Below, piece by piece: positions 23,903 to 37,705 of a stretch of DNA of 64,000 nucleotides (its first letter is position 1; each line of letters opens with the position of its first letter). The stretch is from Camelus ferus. Lineage: Eukaryota. The stretch covers positions 73,410,001 to 73,474,000 of the forward strand of contig NC_045696.1 of the NCBI RefSeq assembly GCF_009834535.1, given 5' to 3'. The notes under the pieces were generated by a model. It ran no database searches. It was not told where the DNA came from and was given only the letters and a program-made list of their open reading frames with translations. The position numbers and the translations under genes are program-made.

Positions 23903-26876
23903 TAGCTTTGCTCTCTTGAACAAGATATTTAACGTTTATGTAACTTCTGTTTCTTTATCTAGAAACTGAGGCAATTATATCTCTTTCAGGAGTAATAGCA
24001 TTAAATGAGATAATATTTCTAAAGGGACTAACACAGTGCCTGGAAGATAGTAAGTACACTACACAAAACTGCACTGGCTGTAATCTCATAAATAATATAC
24101 TTTTTCTAATGGTATAATTATGAAAACACTTATTGTCATAACTCATCTCCTACAAATGTCCTGTTTATATAGCTGGCCAGTTGGTTCCTACCCCTCTTCC
24201 TTACCACCTCCTGCTCCCTTGCCCGTTCCAGGTAGCTGACAAGCTAGGCTAATCACCCAGAGTAATGCTAATGGCAATCAAGCCTCAAGCCTCTGCCATA
24301 CTTCCTGCTTTCTCTCCCTGCAGGCAAGGAGGTGATAGGTTAGATAATTTCTCCTTGGATTTCAACCTTGCAATCATCATAAATTCTATCCTAGTAAAAA
24401 CTTTTTTCATATATACTTATATCTCTTTAACTCCCTTTTCTCTTTCTATCACATTTAATCCTTGCTCATTTCTTCAGAAATATTTTTCTCTTATACTCTC
24501 TCAAGCCCTCCCCTTTGCACCATTGTGAGCCCAAAGAACAATACTAATTATTATCGATAAGCATTAGAGCATGGTTAACAATGCTTCTGTATCAAGGAAA
24601 AGTAAACCATCCCCATCATTAGGCTTGACATCATTAAGGCCCTCATCCTTTTAAAGTTCTTTAAGTACCAAGAAGTCCCCATTTTCTGCCTCATCTTTCT
24701 CTAATTAAACCTTCTTTTCCTTAGATACCAGTGACCAAAATAAATAAGAAACTAATTTTATTTGCACTTTATTCTATTCTAGTTTTGTTTAGTAATGAAG
24801 AATGCAGTTTAAGCCTTGTAATATTTTGGCAATATTAGCTCTAATAAGCACTGGCTTTTAATGGCATATTTGTAACCATGTTTTAAAGGAAAAAATTATG
24901 CTCTGAATTCTGGATCAATTTGTAAACAAATGTATGAGACCAAACTTTTGAAAAGTTAGGGAATATTTATTATTTCAAGAACATTGCATGACACTAAAAA
25001 ACACGAAGAGATGCTGATTAAGAACTCACAGCGGGGAACTGCATGCTCATGCTGAACTGGGAATTTGCTTTAGACTCTTCATGTAGGGGGAATTACAGCA
25101 TTTTGTCCTGATACCATAGTCGGTCTCACTCACAAGCAGCTTAGATTATGCAAACCTAATGTGATCGATGGTAGTAAATGCAAGACTGTGAAATACCCCT
25201 GCCTTTGCAAAAGGACTGGGAATGATGATTTAAAACTACTCCTGCAAGGCTGCCAGCTCCCAGCATATACAAGAAGATGTGCCCCTTTTCTGTCTTTTTG
25301 TCCTTTGCATAGCAACTGACTTTGGTCTTTCATTGCCCAATCCTAGGTTTCAAGGTGATAGGTCATATGTGCTCCAATACTTATGTAAATAAACAATATT
25401 GGGCTCAAAGCCAATCTAACCAATGACCTTTTGCAAACAATAGGCCTTTCTATTGGAAGAGTCTTCCAGGATTCTGAGTACAAATGAGGTAATCGAATAT
25501 GCATTTTGGTTGTTGTTACCAGCTTACATCCTAGCCTAGAAGGATGATCCTGTGAGAGAAGCAGTTTGCAGATTCCATCACCAGAAAATGGTCAATGATA
25601 GATAGTCTGTGTTTACGTTTACACATAATTGTCTTCATTTAAAGAATTTGCCAGTTACTGACACAACAGATCATTCAGAATAAGTTATGCTTTCATGTGA
25701 AGCATTATTTTTCTAGACTGTAAGTAAAACAAATAGAGTTTTCTTCTCCACTTCCTAATTAGACAATTGTCTGATCATTTTTTAAAAGGCTTCAACCATT
25801 TATATTCTTAAAGAATGCCATACAATGTTTATTATGAAAGGCAGTAAGCATATAGTCTTGTCCTGTGGGATTTTTTTTTCACTTTTCTAACTAAATAATG
25901 AACTTTCATGTTTTATTGCATTCAAACCTCTTTAAAATTTAGGTTCAAACTTGAAAATACAATATATGGATCCTTTAGAGCAGTTTCAGTGTTGTTACCA
26001 CAGCAGGCATGAAGAACAAAAACCTGACATTAATTTTATTTGCAAATGACACAGCCTTGGAATCAAGGAAAATGACAATGGATCCCAAATATGGATGCTT
26101 ACATATAACTCTCTCAGAAACTGTTTCATTTCGTGCCTTTACACAGATTTCTTTTTGTAAATAGCAGTAAAAGTTTTCTTCACAATGATACTACTGAAAA
26201 ATGCATCCTTAATTAATGATGGTTATACCACACCATCCTGAAACTTGGTGGGGAGACAGTTTGTCTTTTGTTGGCAATTTGCTCAGGTCCAAGAGAGCCG
26301 AGAAAATTTTGAAACAAATTGTGATATTAACAGATCTAAAATTCTCCTCCAGAGGTTTCAAATTACCCAAAAAATTATGTGTATTGCTTTTCATGCTTTT
26401 GTGAAATTATTTGAATGTCGAGTATTTTCTTTGTGGACTTTAGAAGATGCTCAGAGTCTGACGTGTTCAGTGCAGAATGGTGGGGAACTAAGGAGCCATG
26501 GTATTGGTTTGTGCCACATACAGCTTAGAAACTGCTTATCTTTTTCAAGAACAACGGTAATCATGCTGCAAAATGCAATGTGTGCCGAAATTGATTATTA
26601 ATATTCTAGAGCTGGAAAATAAAATTTAGAAGCTGTTTTGCTCTCGTTACCCAACGAAGCTATAGACTTGGTCACCTCAAAAAGAGAGTCCTATACATAC
26701 TGATAGTTTATGTAATTTAAAGACAAAATATTTATCTGACTCTCATAGATAATAATCTTAAGGCACAGAACCTTGCTTTCATAACTCTCTTAAGCATGTT
26801 CCTTTTCTTCTCTCTCCTCCCTTCTCCACACCACTCCCCCACTCCTTTAATTTCCTTAACTGTCCTCAGAATCAAT

Positions 26877-27248
26877 GCGTTCATTCCCTCAGGCTGCCAC
26901 AGCAAAGTACAATGGATGAGGTGTCTGAAACAACAGAAACGAATTTCCCATAATTCTGGAGACTAGAAGACCCAGGTGTCAGTAGGGTTGGTTTCTCCTG
27001 AGGCCTTCTTGGCCTGTAGGTGGCTATTTCCTCCTCGTGTCTTTACATGGTCTTCCCTCTGGGTACAAATTCCCTCTCCTTATAAGAACACCAGTCAGAT
27101 TGGATTAGGGTCCACCCTAATGGCCTCGTTTTAGCTTAATTACACCTTTAAAGACTATCTCCAAATACACTCATAGTATAAGATACTGAAGGTTAGAACT
27201 TCAGCATATGAATGTGGGGGGTGGGACATACAATTCAACACATTAACT
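26877..27248 (-). mobile_element. MLT1 (ERVL-MaLR) solo LTR, MLT1B-like
   Basis: 'aaacaacagaaa...ttctggagactagaag...cttataagaacaccagtcagattggattagggtccaccctaatggcctc'. Confidence 0.85.
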
Positions 27249-28524
27249 ACAGAATACACATAAAAGGGAGCTGCTGGGGTTAAAGAGGCTGTAGTCTCAT
27301 AGGCCTGTCCTTCCATGTTTTTCCTGTGCCCATCTTCACCACTGCTGGTCCCTCACCAAGTGAATCTCTCTCAGGTACTTTCTAGAAACACTAGGATGCC
27401 TGGGGAAATTCTGTAACTGTTCATTTGTTCCCCAAATAATTGTGGATATTTACCATACATAACACTGTATCACATGGTGTGTGGAATAGTTGCAAAAATA
27501 AATAAAACAAGTTTTTTATTCAGATAGCTTATATCAAACCACATTGTCATGTATTAATTGAATGACAGCTAAGAACTCTAATCACACTGGATCTATCTTC
27601 AGGTCCATAAGAGAGGTAGCAGGGGTTGCGAAAGGAATACCTGAAGTCCAGGCTCGAAGGGAGGAGACCCAGGTGTGAGCACAGCTTTCTTCACCCACCC
27701 AACAGGGGAATGCAAGCCTCAAATGAAATAATGAAGATTAAGGAGTATTGTAAATTAAAAAGTGCTTTAAAGCATAAGGCATTATTATATTAAAAATCAC
27801 TAAACCAGCTTTCAGAATGCAGCATTGTTTCTTCCTTCTCATTCTCCACCTGCACATTCCACAGGCTAATTGCCTGTATTATTAGAAGTCACCTTACTTA
27901 ATCAAATTTAAATGTTCAGCCTCTATTTAATTGAAAGCTCTGTAGCTTGAACCAAATATGACAGGTTATTATGCATTTGATAATTTGGGGGTTAGATTAA
28001 TCAAGCCTGAGATGGATCTTTTCTTTCCAAAATAAACCCTCTAATTTCCCTCTAGCCCATTTGAAATTTTAAGTTATCAAATATTTAGTTTTTGCACATG
28101 GACTGGACATTATTCCTTTCAATCCCCTCCACAATCCCCGGCTGCCCCTCTCTGGGCCTTATCACCTATCACCCACCTCCGATACAGCCTGGTCACCCTG
28201 ACTGAATAATTCGAGTAAAATTCACCGTATCATCTAAAACTCTACACAGAGGAATCATGTCCTTAACACAAGCTTCCGATGCAGAGAGATCCACAGCTCC
28301 ACAGGAAGTCAGACTGTCATGTTTACTCTCCCGGAACCTCCTGGGCCACCCACAGAAATGGCTATTACCCTACCGCTGTCACCAGCTCCTTTTTCTGCTT
28401 AGTTCAATTTTCAACTAAAGACAGAGGACTCTTCTTTTCCTGCTTCCCAGTGGCAGCTTTTCTTCTCTTTCAATTTATTAAAATGTAGCTAAGAAAAATG
28501 TCATCTTCTTTTCAATTTGGCAAG

Positions 28525-28920
28525 CAGTAAGCGAGAGACGAGGCCAGGCACTGGGTGGGGTGTACACAGATACATCCCCTGCTACTGGAGTTCACAGCCG
28601 TGTGGGGAAGACAAGGATGTAAATAAGTGAGGACGAGGCAAGGGAGGCTGGAAGGAGTGTGTCACGGGGATGAGAGCACCAGTGAAGGTGCGATTCTTTC
28701 TCACTGGGAAATTAGGACCAGGCTCAGGGAAGAGGAGGTATCAGAATTGGGTCTTGAAGGATTTGAAGAGAAGGGCATTCCTAGTAAAGGAGAGTGAGGG
28801 CTCAGAGCTAGCAGAAGACTTAGCATATTTGGGGTTCCAACTTGTGCAGCTGGAAGGACCCTGCAGTATTACATAACGAGGCTGGGAAGAAGTTAGATCA
28901 GGAAGAATTCTGAATGCCAG
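28525..28920 (-). mobile_element. L2 LINE fragment
   Basis: 'gccaggcactggg...ctggagttcacag...gggtcttgaaggat...gggcattcc'. Confidence 0.65.
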
Positions 28921-29137
28921 ACAGGCCCCACTGGTTAATGCCTGTTGTTAAGTGGCTCTGCCAGCTAGCATTTCCAACAATGTTGCTATACTTCCCTGCC
29001 ATAGCTCAGGAAGAAACGACCCCAAAGAAGTATCTTTTAATACCTCATCCTTGAAGGAGCACTATAAGCCAGCTATCAGTCATTTCCTTGAAAAGAAAAA
29101 AAATGTGTTTATGTACCTTTGGTCTATCTGAATTTTT

Positions 29138-29293
29138 TAAAAAAATATTTTTGGGGGGTAATAAGATTCATTTATTTTAAAAAATTTTAATGGAGTTAAA
29201 AAAAATTTTTTTAAATGGAGGTGCTGGGGATTGAACCCAGAATTTCGTGCATGCTAAGCACATACTCTGCCACTGAGCTATACCCTCGCCAAC
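29138..29293 (-). mobile_element. Vic-1-type camelid SINE
   Basis: tRNA-Ala-like head. TSD atctgaattttt at 29126-29137 and 29294-29305. Confidence 0.9.
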
Positions 29294-29539
29294 ATCTGAA
29301 TTTTTAAACAAACAAAAAATACCCCCCATAAGATGATTAAAATGCAATTCCATCTTATATTAGCTACAGAGTAATGAACTGATCAGCCCTTTGGAATTAT
29401 ATCTCAAGGGAAAGTACCACACAGGCTTCATCTGAGATCCTTGGTTTCCTGTTTATAATCTCTATTACGTGACACAGCCACTTCAGAGCTCAGCTGTCCC
29501 CACTAGGCTGGTGACTCCCACCTTGCCATCTCTAGCACA

Positions 29540-30450
29540 AACTTCACCTTCACTCCGAAGGCATATTCCCAATAGTCTGGAGCCCATTTCTACTTGACTC
29601 TTGGCTCTCACATACTATTCACCATGTTCAAATCTAGCATCCTTTTCCCCCAAATCAGCTTCCTTTCCATTTACCTTTTCTTATTTAGTATTCCAGCCAT
29701 TCTTCTGTAGTCACTAGCTATTTAAAACCTCAAGATCATTTTTGATTCACCTCATCCCTGATACCTTATCAAACTAAAATCCAATTGATTTTCATCTCAA
29801 CCTCCTTTTGTCCCCATTTTCACAGTCTCTGAGTCTGGATCACAGGGACAGTTTTCTCACTGGCTTCCCTGATTCTAATCCAACCTGCACATAGCTGCCA
29901 AACTAATCTTCTTTAATATATCACTTTCATCATGCTGATTCCCTGCTCAATAATCTTAGATAGTTCCCTGTTTCAGATGCAACCAAAGGAGAGTGAAAGC
30001 CCACTAGGAAATTTTACAGATGCTCTCTTCTCTGAGTGGTAGTAGGTATTATTATCCCAGTCGTACTAATGATGAAAATTGAGGCTCCAAAATTTAACTT
30101 GCCTAAGGCTAGTAATTGCGGAGCCAGGATTACAATCCGTTCCTTTGAGTCCTGGTCCAGTGCTTTGTCTTAATAGAAGTTTGTAGCTTCTGTGCTTGAT
30201 TTCAAGAATCTCTATAATCTCCCTTTGCCTCATTTAACCCATTTTATTTTTCCTAACTACCAAACATAGCTCTCCCTGTGGCCAGTCTCGGCTCCTCATT
30301 TGCCTTTCAATATGCCTGCCTCATTCCTGCTTCTCAGTGACTTCCCTTGGGCATACACCAGCTTTTTCCAACCTCTGAGGCACACCTAAGCCCCACCAGG
30401 AAGCCTCTGATAATTTCCCTGACAATACCAACCTTTCTCAGCTGGATTCC
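29540..30450 (+). mobile_element. L2 LINE fragments interrupted by a minus-strand MIR (~30000-30170)
   Basis: L2: 'aaaacctcaagatcatttttgattc' and 'ctaatccaacctgcacatagctgcca'. MIR: 'gtaggtattattatcccagt...gaggctcc'. Confidence 0.65.
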
Positions 30451-31069
30451 TACAGTATTTATGCTGCAACAGTGTGGCTCACAGCCTGAGAACAAACACC
30501 CATGGGATGGGGTAGGACAGGGGAAGAATTCATGGGCTATGGATCCCTTTATGTACCAAAGCATATACTAAATTATATGCAACTCACCTGTATTTGCTAC
30601 TATTTTTCAAAATAAGTAGACACTGTGGTGACAAATGAGATGCACATTAACTTCAAATGATTCATGTTTGTTTTTCTGCCATCGTGTATTTTTCTAATTC
30701 CAAGTACTAAACACAGATAGCTATCAGAAAGTTTGTGAAATATCTGACATTAAAACGAAATCTTTAATCTCAATAAGGTTGGAAATCACTGGTCTAAACA
30801 CTTATGTGAATACAATCTTGTTGATTTGCACTTATACACATTCTTGATTCTTATAAGCCCCCAGGAGGCCTTTAAAGAGTTTCTTATAAGATAAAATAGA
30901 ACTAAAGCATACTTCTCAATCCTATAGCACCTCACCCAGCACTGAATACAAGATGGGTGTTCGAAAAAAAACTTGTAAGCTTCTCTCAGTCAATGAAGTG
31001 TAACGGTATACATTAGAGAAATTCAGGCTTATTTGCTAAATGATAGGCTAAGAAAAAGCATGAGTCTAC

Positions 31070-31630
31070 ATAATTAAAAGTTGCAAAATAGTATAGGGAA
31101 TCCCTACACATACTCTTCACTCAACTTCCCCAATGCTATTATCTTAAATAATTACAATGTAATCATCAAAACCAAGAAATTAACATTGCTACAATAAATA
31201 ATATTAATTAAACTGTACACCTTATTCAAATTTTACCACTTTTTCCACTAATGTCCTTTCAGGACCCAACCTAGACTCTCACACTGAGTTTAATTTTTTT
31301 GTCTCTTTAGTCTCCTCCAATCTGTGGCAGATCCTCAGTCTGTCCTTGTCTACCATGATCTTGTCACTTTGAATGAGTAGTGGTCAATTATTTTGTAGAT
31401 TGTATTCAAATTTGTCTGACTTTTCTAATTATTATGTTGAGGTTATACATTTTTGGTAAATATACCACAGAAGTAAGGCTGTGCCCTTTCTTTGGTACAT
31501 CAGGGTTCATGATGAGATTTTTCTTATTACTGGTAATAGTAACCTTGATCAACAACTCCGTTAAGTTGGCATCTGCTGAAATATTCCAAGTTCCTATTTC
31601 CCCTTGGTAATTTAATAAATAATTCTCTGA
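31070..31630 (-). mobile_element. Old L1 3' end (L1MC-like)
   Basis: 'aaaagttgcaaaatagtataggga...atcaaaaccaagaaattaacattg...ccttattcaaattttaccac'. Confidence 0.75.
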
Positions 31631-32914
31631 TTTGTTAATACAGTTTTCCAACTCTTTCTTCAGAGTGAGGCATCAGAAGTCACTCCATGTACTTGCCCCT
31701 AGTAACTTGCCTTTGTAATCTGTTGTGGCTAAAAATAAAAAAAAAAAAAGGTCAGAATTCCTTTTCAAAATAAGAAAAAGTGGGCTCTGGGCAAGGGTTC
31801 ACCATAGACTTTTAAAGACATATCTTTTTGCTGCTTAGACATCCTTTGTGGTTACATCCATGTTCTTGGTTTTGATGTTTTCCAAATAGAATCTATACTG
31901 TTGATAATACTTCACTTAGGAAGGGTCATTTATCAGGCATTATCTTAGTGGCACTTACATATCAGTTGAAGAGATCCAACAACTTAGAAATGGAATCATT
32001 ACAAATTGATTTCCTAAGTGCATATTTCCATTTCAACAAGCAAGTTTACTCTGATAGCCTCTTCCCAGTCGCTGACACAAGACATCAAAATAGGAAGAGT
32101 TTGGGGGCCATTAATTCTGTTTATACTTAATATGTTGGGTGTAAAGAGAATCACATGCACCCCTGCCATAAACCAAAAAGCTGCCTTATGATGACATGAA
32201 TGTTTATTATTCTCTCCACATCTTTAAACTCAGGCTCCAAGTTCCAAATCACCTAGACCAAAGAACTGACAAAAAATCAAGCCTTCATATTTCATTTTCC
32301 CAATTCCATCTAAAACACAGAAAAATCTTACTAAAAGAATATTCATGATGTCGTCAAACCTATTCATCTGGAACCATTTCTAAAAGGAAGCTGTGTGCCT
32401 TTATCTCTAAATCTTCCAAGAATAGCCCTTTATTATTATGTGCCTCATATATTTCCTTTTCATTCAAAATATCCATGTAGATTAAACATATTTTCATCTA
32501 CAGTGAGATATATTAAAAATACAGTATATGTTTATCATATGTTTAAGACCTTTTTATAGATTTCCACTATTTTAATTTGATCAGGGTGAGATCCAGCCCA
32601 TTCTTCCTGTTTTATATAATGAAATAAGAACTCAAACATTTCTCAAATAGCATGCCCTAAAAAATGTGATTCATGGTTCTCTATCTTCCTTAAGCATGGT
32701 TCTTAAAAATGATTGAGTCACTGTTGTTCTGTTGTTTAATCTGATAATTATGCAAGCACTAAATCTTACATTGGAGCAGAAAATGTTAACACACATTGAA
32801 AAACCAAAAAGCGTAGAACTATAATCTGTATGATAAAATGCATTACTCTGCTTAAAAGGATTGTTTTACAGATGCAATTAACAATCAGCGATCATACAGT
32901 TTAGACCGGTGTTT

Positions 32915-32933
32915 TGATGCCATCTGTTGGAAT
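32915..32933 (-). promoter_or_regulatory. Candidate CTCF motif (reverse orientation)
   Basis: The minus strand reads TTCCAACAGATGGCATC, against the core CCASYAGRKGGCR (one mismatch). Confidence 0.35.
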
Positions 32934-33389
32934 AAGTCCTCTCATTCTCTAGAATGAAGCTATAATTTTCAGTTTACAGTTTCATTAGGCAACACACAGT
33001 ATAACAGTCACCAAAAGAAGAGAAACCCTAAACACTTTCAGCTTTATAGTCTTTCATAAACAATTAAGTATGTTGCTGAAATTTTCCAAAAGAAAGAATT
33101 TAGAAAATTAGCAACATGACCAGATTATTGTTCTATTTTACAGCCTTAAAATAACACCAACAGTTCAAATAGCCAAGATGGTTTTCTAATTTTAGTTTCA
33201 ACGTTTGAAATGTGACTTCCATCCTTTTAGTTCATTTATGATCTTTATTAACTTAAAAACATGCCTGCCCTATGCCTAAACAAATTATGTCATATGCCAG
33301 TGGTAAAAGTTAACAACCTGTCCATTAGGAAACATTTCTGTTTTTGTTATTACCTTATTAAATGACAAATCAAATCTTTGGTGGCATTT

Positions 33390-33408
33390 AATACACTAGG
33401 GGGTGCTA
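33390..33408 (+). promoter_or_regulatory. Candidate CTCF motif (forward orientation)
   Basis: aataCACTAGGGGGTGCTA against the consensus TGGCCACYAGGGGGCGCTA. Confidence 0.4.
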
Positions 33409-33973
33409 GTTCTCTACATGTGCACATTTACAAAGCAAAACTTTTTCCACAATTAATTTTTGGGAATTATAAAAGTTGACCTAAAATTCTAACAGACTAT
33501 GTAAGTTGCATGCTACACACTAAGAAAACAAAAAAGGAGAAAAAAATAACTCATTAAAATTGCACTATGAATTAAACAGAAAGAGTCCAAGTGGGAGTAC
33601 GGTTTTACACTGCAAGAGATAAGGTCGATAGGGTCTTGTTTCATGGTTCAGATATCACTTGCTAGTATCAAACAAAACCTGAAAAGAAAGTCACAGCTTT
33701 TTACAAAGAACAGTATCAGGTCGAATTTCTTAATGCTATTATACCTATGGTGCTCCAAAAGAAATACAAAGCAAAACCACCAGAGAGAAGAGGTTTCCCT
33801 ACTAAATTTAGACAACTTATTTGAGATTCTCTTCCTTTGATATGCCACTCAAACAGTTCCAAATGACAAGAAGTCACCATTAAGATCTGAACTTATGCTC
33901 TACAGTAGGCTGGTAAACTGCCTCAAGTAACTAATGGCTCTCTCTGTTATGTCTTGGAGCACCTGCATGATGA

Positions 33974-33977
<4 letters not shown>

Positions 33978-34015
<38 letters not shown>

Positions 34016-34035
34016 CACCACCACCACCACCACCA
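33978..34035. repeat. Compound (AC)n + (CAC)n microsatellite
   Basis: Seen directly. Confidence 0.95.
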
Positions 34036-35104
34036 GTGTAAAGAACCACCAGGTTTACTTTTCATATTTTTAAGAGCAGAATTAAGTCCAACAGGGATAT
34101 TACCCAAAACTCCATTCTATATGTAGTTGGGGAGGGTTTTTTTTTTAATGAGCTCTTTTTAGGTTTAATTTTCCTTCTTTGTAAAGACTAATCAATAGGA
34201 GACCAGATACACTCACATTCAGGTAAAGCATATTAACATTCAATTTTCCACCTTCGGCTGAATTTCAAAAACCTTTCATCCAAAATAGGGGCTCTAGCAT
34301 TTCTTTGTCAGTTGCCAGGATCTCCTTCAACCTTATTTTGCTTCCTCCTCTTCCCATTCTGCCAAAAGTCATGCATTCATCTATTCTCCCCCATCCTTTC
34401 TTAGTACAACTAGAAATATTTCAAAAAGTTTCTCCCAGGTTGTCACATTTCCTGTCCCACCAAATGCCCTGGGGGTAGTTAACAGAGTCTATAGATTTGT
34501 TACATATTGCTTGCAGTGGGAAATAGCACACCCAGTAGGAGTTTCTTCAGAATGGTTTGATATTATGCTAAAGAACATTTTAAAAATGTTAGATGAAATC
34601 CTATCTTTAGATTACCTCCCAGCACATCAGCCCACAATGATAGGAGGAGCAGAGCCACGTCTGTTTCAGAAACAGAAGCACTAATACTCCATCAACACAC
34701 ACAGGGTTCAGCACCTGGAATGTATGAACAATTAGCCAAGATCCTTATAGGAGTACTGAAAGGTTGTATGCAACGATTTTGGAGAATCCTAATCTGAGAC
34801 CATCATCTATCATTTTATGAATTTATATCCTCCAAACTCTGCCTAGTGGCAGCATTTCCATTACAAATACACAAATGTTTTAAATTTGCATTTAATAGGG
34901 CAATTTCATGGGTTCACTTTAAGTCACAACAGAGATTTGTCAGATATATCAAGCTTTCATTCTTCCTTTAAGGACAGAGGCCAAATCTAGCATTGCTTAT
35001 ACCTTGGTATAAGAGATGAAGGCAAGAAAATGGTTTTAAAAATAGTAATTATGAATTAGAGTTGTCAACTTTTACCAAAAAACAGTTGTCATTCTGTATT
35101 TGGA

Positions 35105-35320
35105 TTATAGAATCTTAGAAGGGGACTAAAAGTAACTTTATTACTATCCCCCACACCATGCATGAATCTCCCTTAGTCCCTTACTATCAAAAACAAATGG
35201 CTTTCTAGTTTAGACTTAAACCCCTCTAATCATAGAAAATAGCTGACTGACAGGTATAATTATTAGAAAGTTCTGCCTTTTATTGAGTTGATATCTATTA
35301 TCTCACTATCTCTTTTTTAT
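35105..35320 (-). mobile_element. CR1/L3 LINE fragment
   Basis: 'atagaatcttagaagggg...gcatgaatctccc...taattattagaaagttctgccttttattgagt'. Confidence 0.55.
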
Positions 35321-35449
35321 TGGTCAGTTTATTCTGTGTCTCACAGTTGTCCTTGGGTCTGTACTGCCTGGGTTCAATTCCCAATTCACTCGCTTATTAG
35401 CTTTGTAACTTTAGATGAGTTACTTAATTTCTTGGTCCCTTCAATATAA

Positions 35450-36105
35450 ATTTAGAATTTGACTACTCCTCATTACTGCCATGGCTACCACCCTTGTCTT
35501 TGTTACCACTGTCTCAAAAGTCTCTTAATCAGCCTTCCTACCCCACAAATTTATTCCCAACATGACTGCCAAGATTGATCCATTTCATATCTGGGCAAAC
35601 CAAGTCACTACTCTGATCAAAATCATGCAATGGCTTCATATTCAATTCAGAGTAAAAGTTCAAGTCCTCAACTTGGCTTACAGTGTCTTCCATGCTGCTC
35701 CGCCCTACCATGCTCTGCTATTATCCCCCTCCCACTCTCCCCTCAGTCACTCAGGCAGCTTCAGCCACACTCATCTCCTCCCTGCTCCTCGACCACAAAA
35801 GGCACGCTCCTGCATTTAGGTCTTTGCTGTAGCTGTTCCCACAGCCTGAAACCTTCCTCCCCTAGAGACCTGCCTGCTAACGTGTCTTCTCCTTCAAGTC
35901 TTGGCTTAAATCTCACTTTCTCACTAGGGCCTATTCTGGCTCCTTGATTCAATAAAGGGAAAAAAAAACTTTCTTCACTAAAATTAAACTTAAGGACAGA
36001 GGCTTTCTTCACTTAAACTTAAGGGCAGAGGCTTTTTTGTTTGTTTGTTTATAATACCTTGCATATAGTTGTCATCCAATAAATGTTTATCAAGTGCATT
36101 AATGA
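35450..36105 (+). mobile_element. L2 LINE 3' portion
   Basis: 'caatggcttcatattcaattcagagtaaaagttcaagtcctc...cttggcatatagttgtcatccaataaatgttta'. Confidence 0.8.
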
Positions 36106-36694
36106 ACTTTAGGATAATAAATACATTGTTACATATATACACTTAAAACAGTGGCTAAAGTGTAACAAACCTTCATACAACTATTATTATTACTGCTGTA
36201 ATTGCTATTACTGTTGCTGTTTTTACTTTTGTTGCCAATCTTATTATTATCTGAAGTATCTATGTCTGTTTCTGAAGCTGTAGTTACTAAAGGCCTTCCA
36301 TCTATAGGATCAGACTTCTTTTTGGACTCGCCAAACCCAAGTTGGTACTATTTTAGAAGCCTGATCTTTGGAATTGTTCTTCCTTTTAGTGTGGGTTGAG
36401 TTTACAATGCTTACTCTTTTAAAGCACTCTCTCCTAATTCTTACTGGGACACATGTCTGGCCATCTTTCCTATTTTCTCTTCATACCTCCTACAACAGCC
36501 CTGGACTTCATGCCATGGGAGCCTTTTTAAAATACACTGATAGTGTTACCATTTGTTAAAGAAGATGCAAATATTATACATGTAACAGGCTAAACAATTT
36601 GACTGAGCTGTTGACTATGCACATAGATACAAGTACTTTCTAAACTTTTTCCTGAACTAACCCTTCCACGTGATAGATATTCAATCAATCTGTT

Positions 36695-37010
36695 GAAAAC
36701 AGGAACAGACTCATAAATACAGAGAACAAATAGGTGGTTGCCAGAGGGAAGAAGGGTCAGAGGAGGAGTGATATAGGTGAGGAAAATTAAGAGGTACAAA
36801 CTTCCAGTTATACAATAAATGAGTCACAGGGATGAAATGCATAGCATCGGGACTATAGTCAATAATATTGTAATAACTTTGTATGGTAACAGGTGGTAAT
36901 GAGAATTATGGTGACCATTTTGTAACATAAAGAAAAATTGAACCTCTATATTGTACACCTGGAACAAACAGTGTTATAGGACAATTATACTTCAATAATA
37001 AATAAATAAA
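36695..37010 (+). mobile_element. L1 3' UTR fragment (L1MA9-like)
   Basis: 'gtggttgccagaggg...gaggtacaaacttccagttatacaataaatgagtcacaggga...caattatacttcaataataaataaataaa'. Confidence 0.85.
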
Positions 37011-37489
37011 TATTTTAAAATGAGGATGAATAAACCCACAAAAATGACAAAAAGTCAAATTAATACTATGGTTATAATTACTTCTAAATATATAGTAATA
37101 TATATATTTTTAAAGAGTTTTAAAGTGAAATACATCACCAAACATATTAATTGTCCTTAGCTACAAGTTAAATTCGAATTACATGTGGTAGAGAAAAGTA
37201 GGTTTCTGTCTACGAGCACACCATGATAGTTTTGCCTAGAGTAAGGAAGTCAAGGTGCTGATTCTCCACGCTTCTACTTTAAGCATGTGATTACTCCTCT
37301 GGTTTATACATCTAAGGAAAAAAAATTATACACATGGCTGGCTCCCTCTTTTCACCATAAATTTCATCCTCCCTAAAAGAAATAGGCCTATTTGGCACAT
37401 CAGTGATCAAAATATCCCACCTGGAAACTTTCTCAATGTGTCCACAAAAGGAGTATTTATAAGATTAAAAAAAACAGGATCATCATAAA

Positions 37490-37705
37490 GACAGGGCTTG
37501 GAAACACAGCATATGAAGACCATGAAAGGAGCTGGGAGTGGGGAATATTTCTGGAAAAAACAAGTCATATTAGGAAAATAATTACCTTCAGATATTTAAA
37601 AAATATCATTTAAAAAAAACATTATTTTATGTGACTCAAGAGGCTAGTATCAGGCCCCTTGAAAAGTTATAAAACAGAAAAGTTAGTTCAATATTAGAAA
37701 GAGCT
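37490..37705 (+). mobile_element. CR1/L3 LINE, 5' piece (continues at 40047-40150 and 40553-40650)
   Basis: 'taattaccttcagatatttaaa...ttatgtgactcaagaggctag...gttcaatattagaaagagct' is collinear with the CR1 3' region, which resumes after the L1 and the MLT1. Confidence 0.6.

Noticed and set aside
26245..26601. 118-aa ORF and overlapping ORFs in unique sequence
   Set aside because: Non-ATG start, no recognisable domain and no convincing splice sites; kept only as non-coding candidate sequence.
30581..30795. Strong minus-strand donor CAG|GTGAGT
   Set aside because: The upstream sequence looks like an old hAT-type relic, with no suitable acceptor or long open frame.
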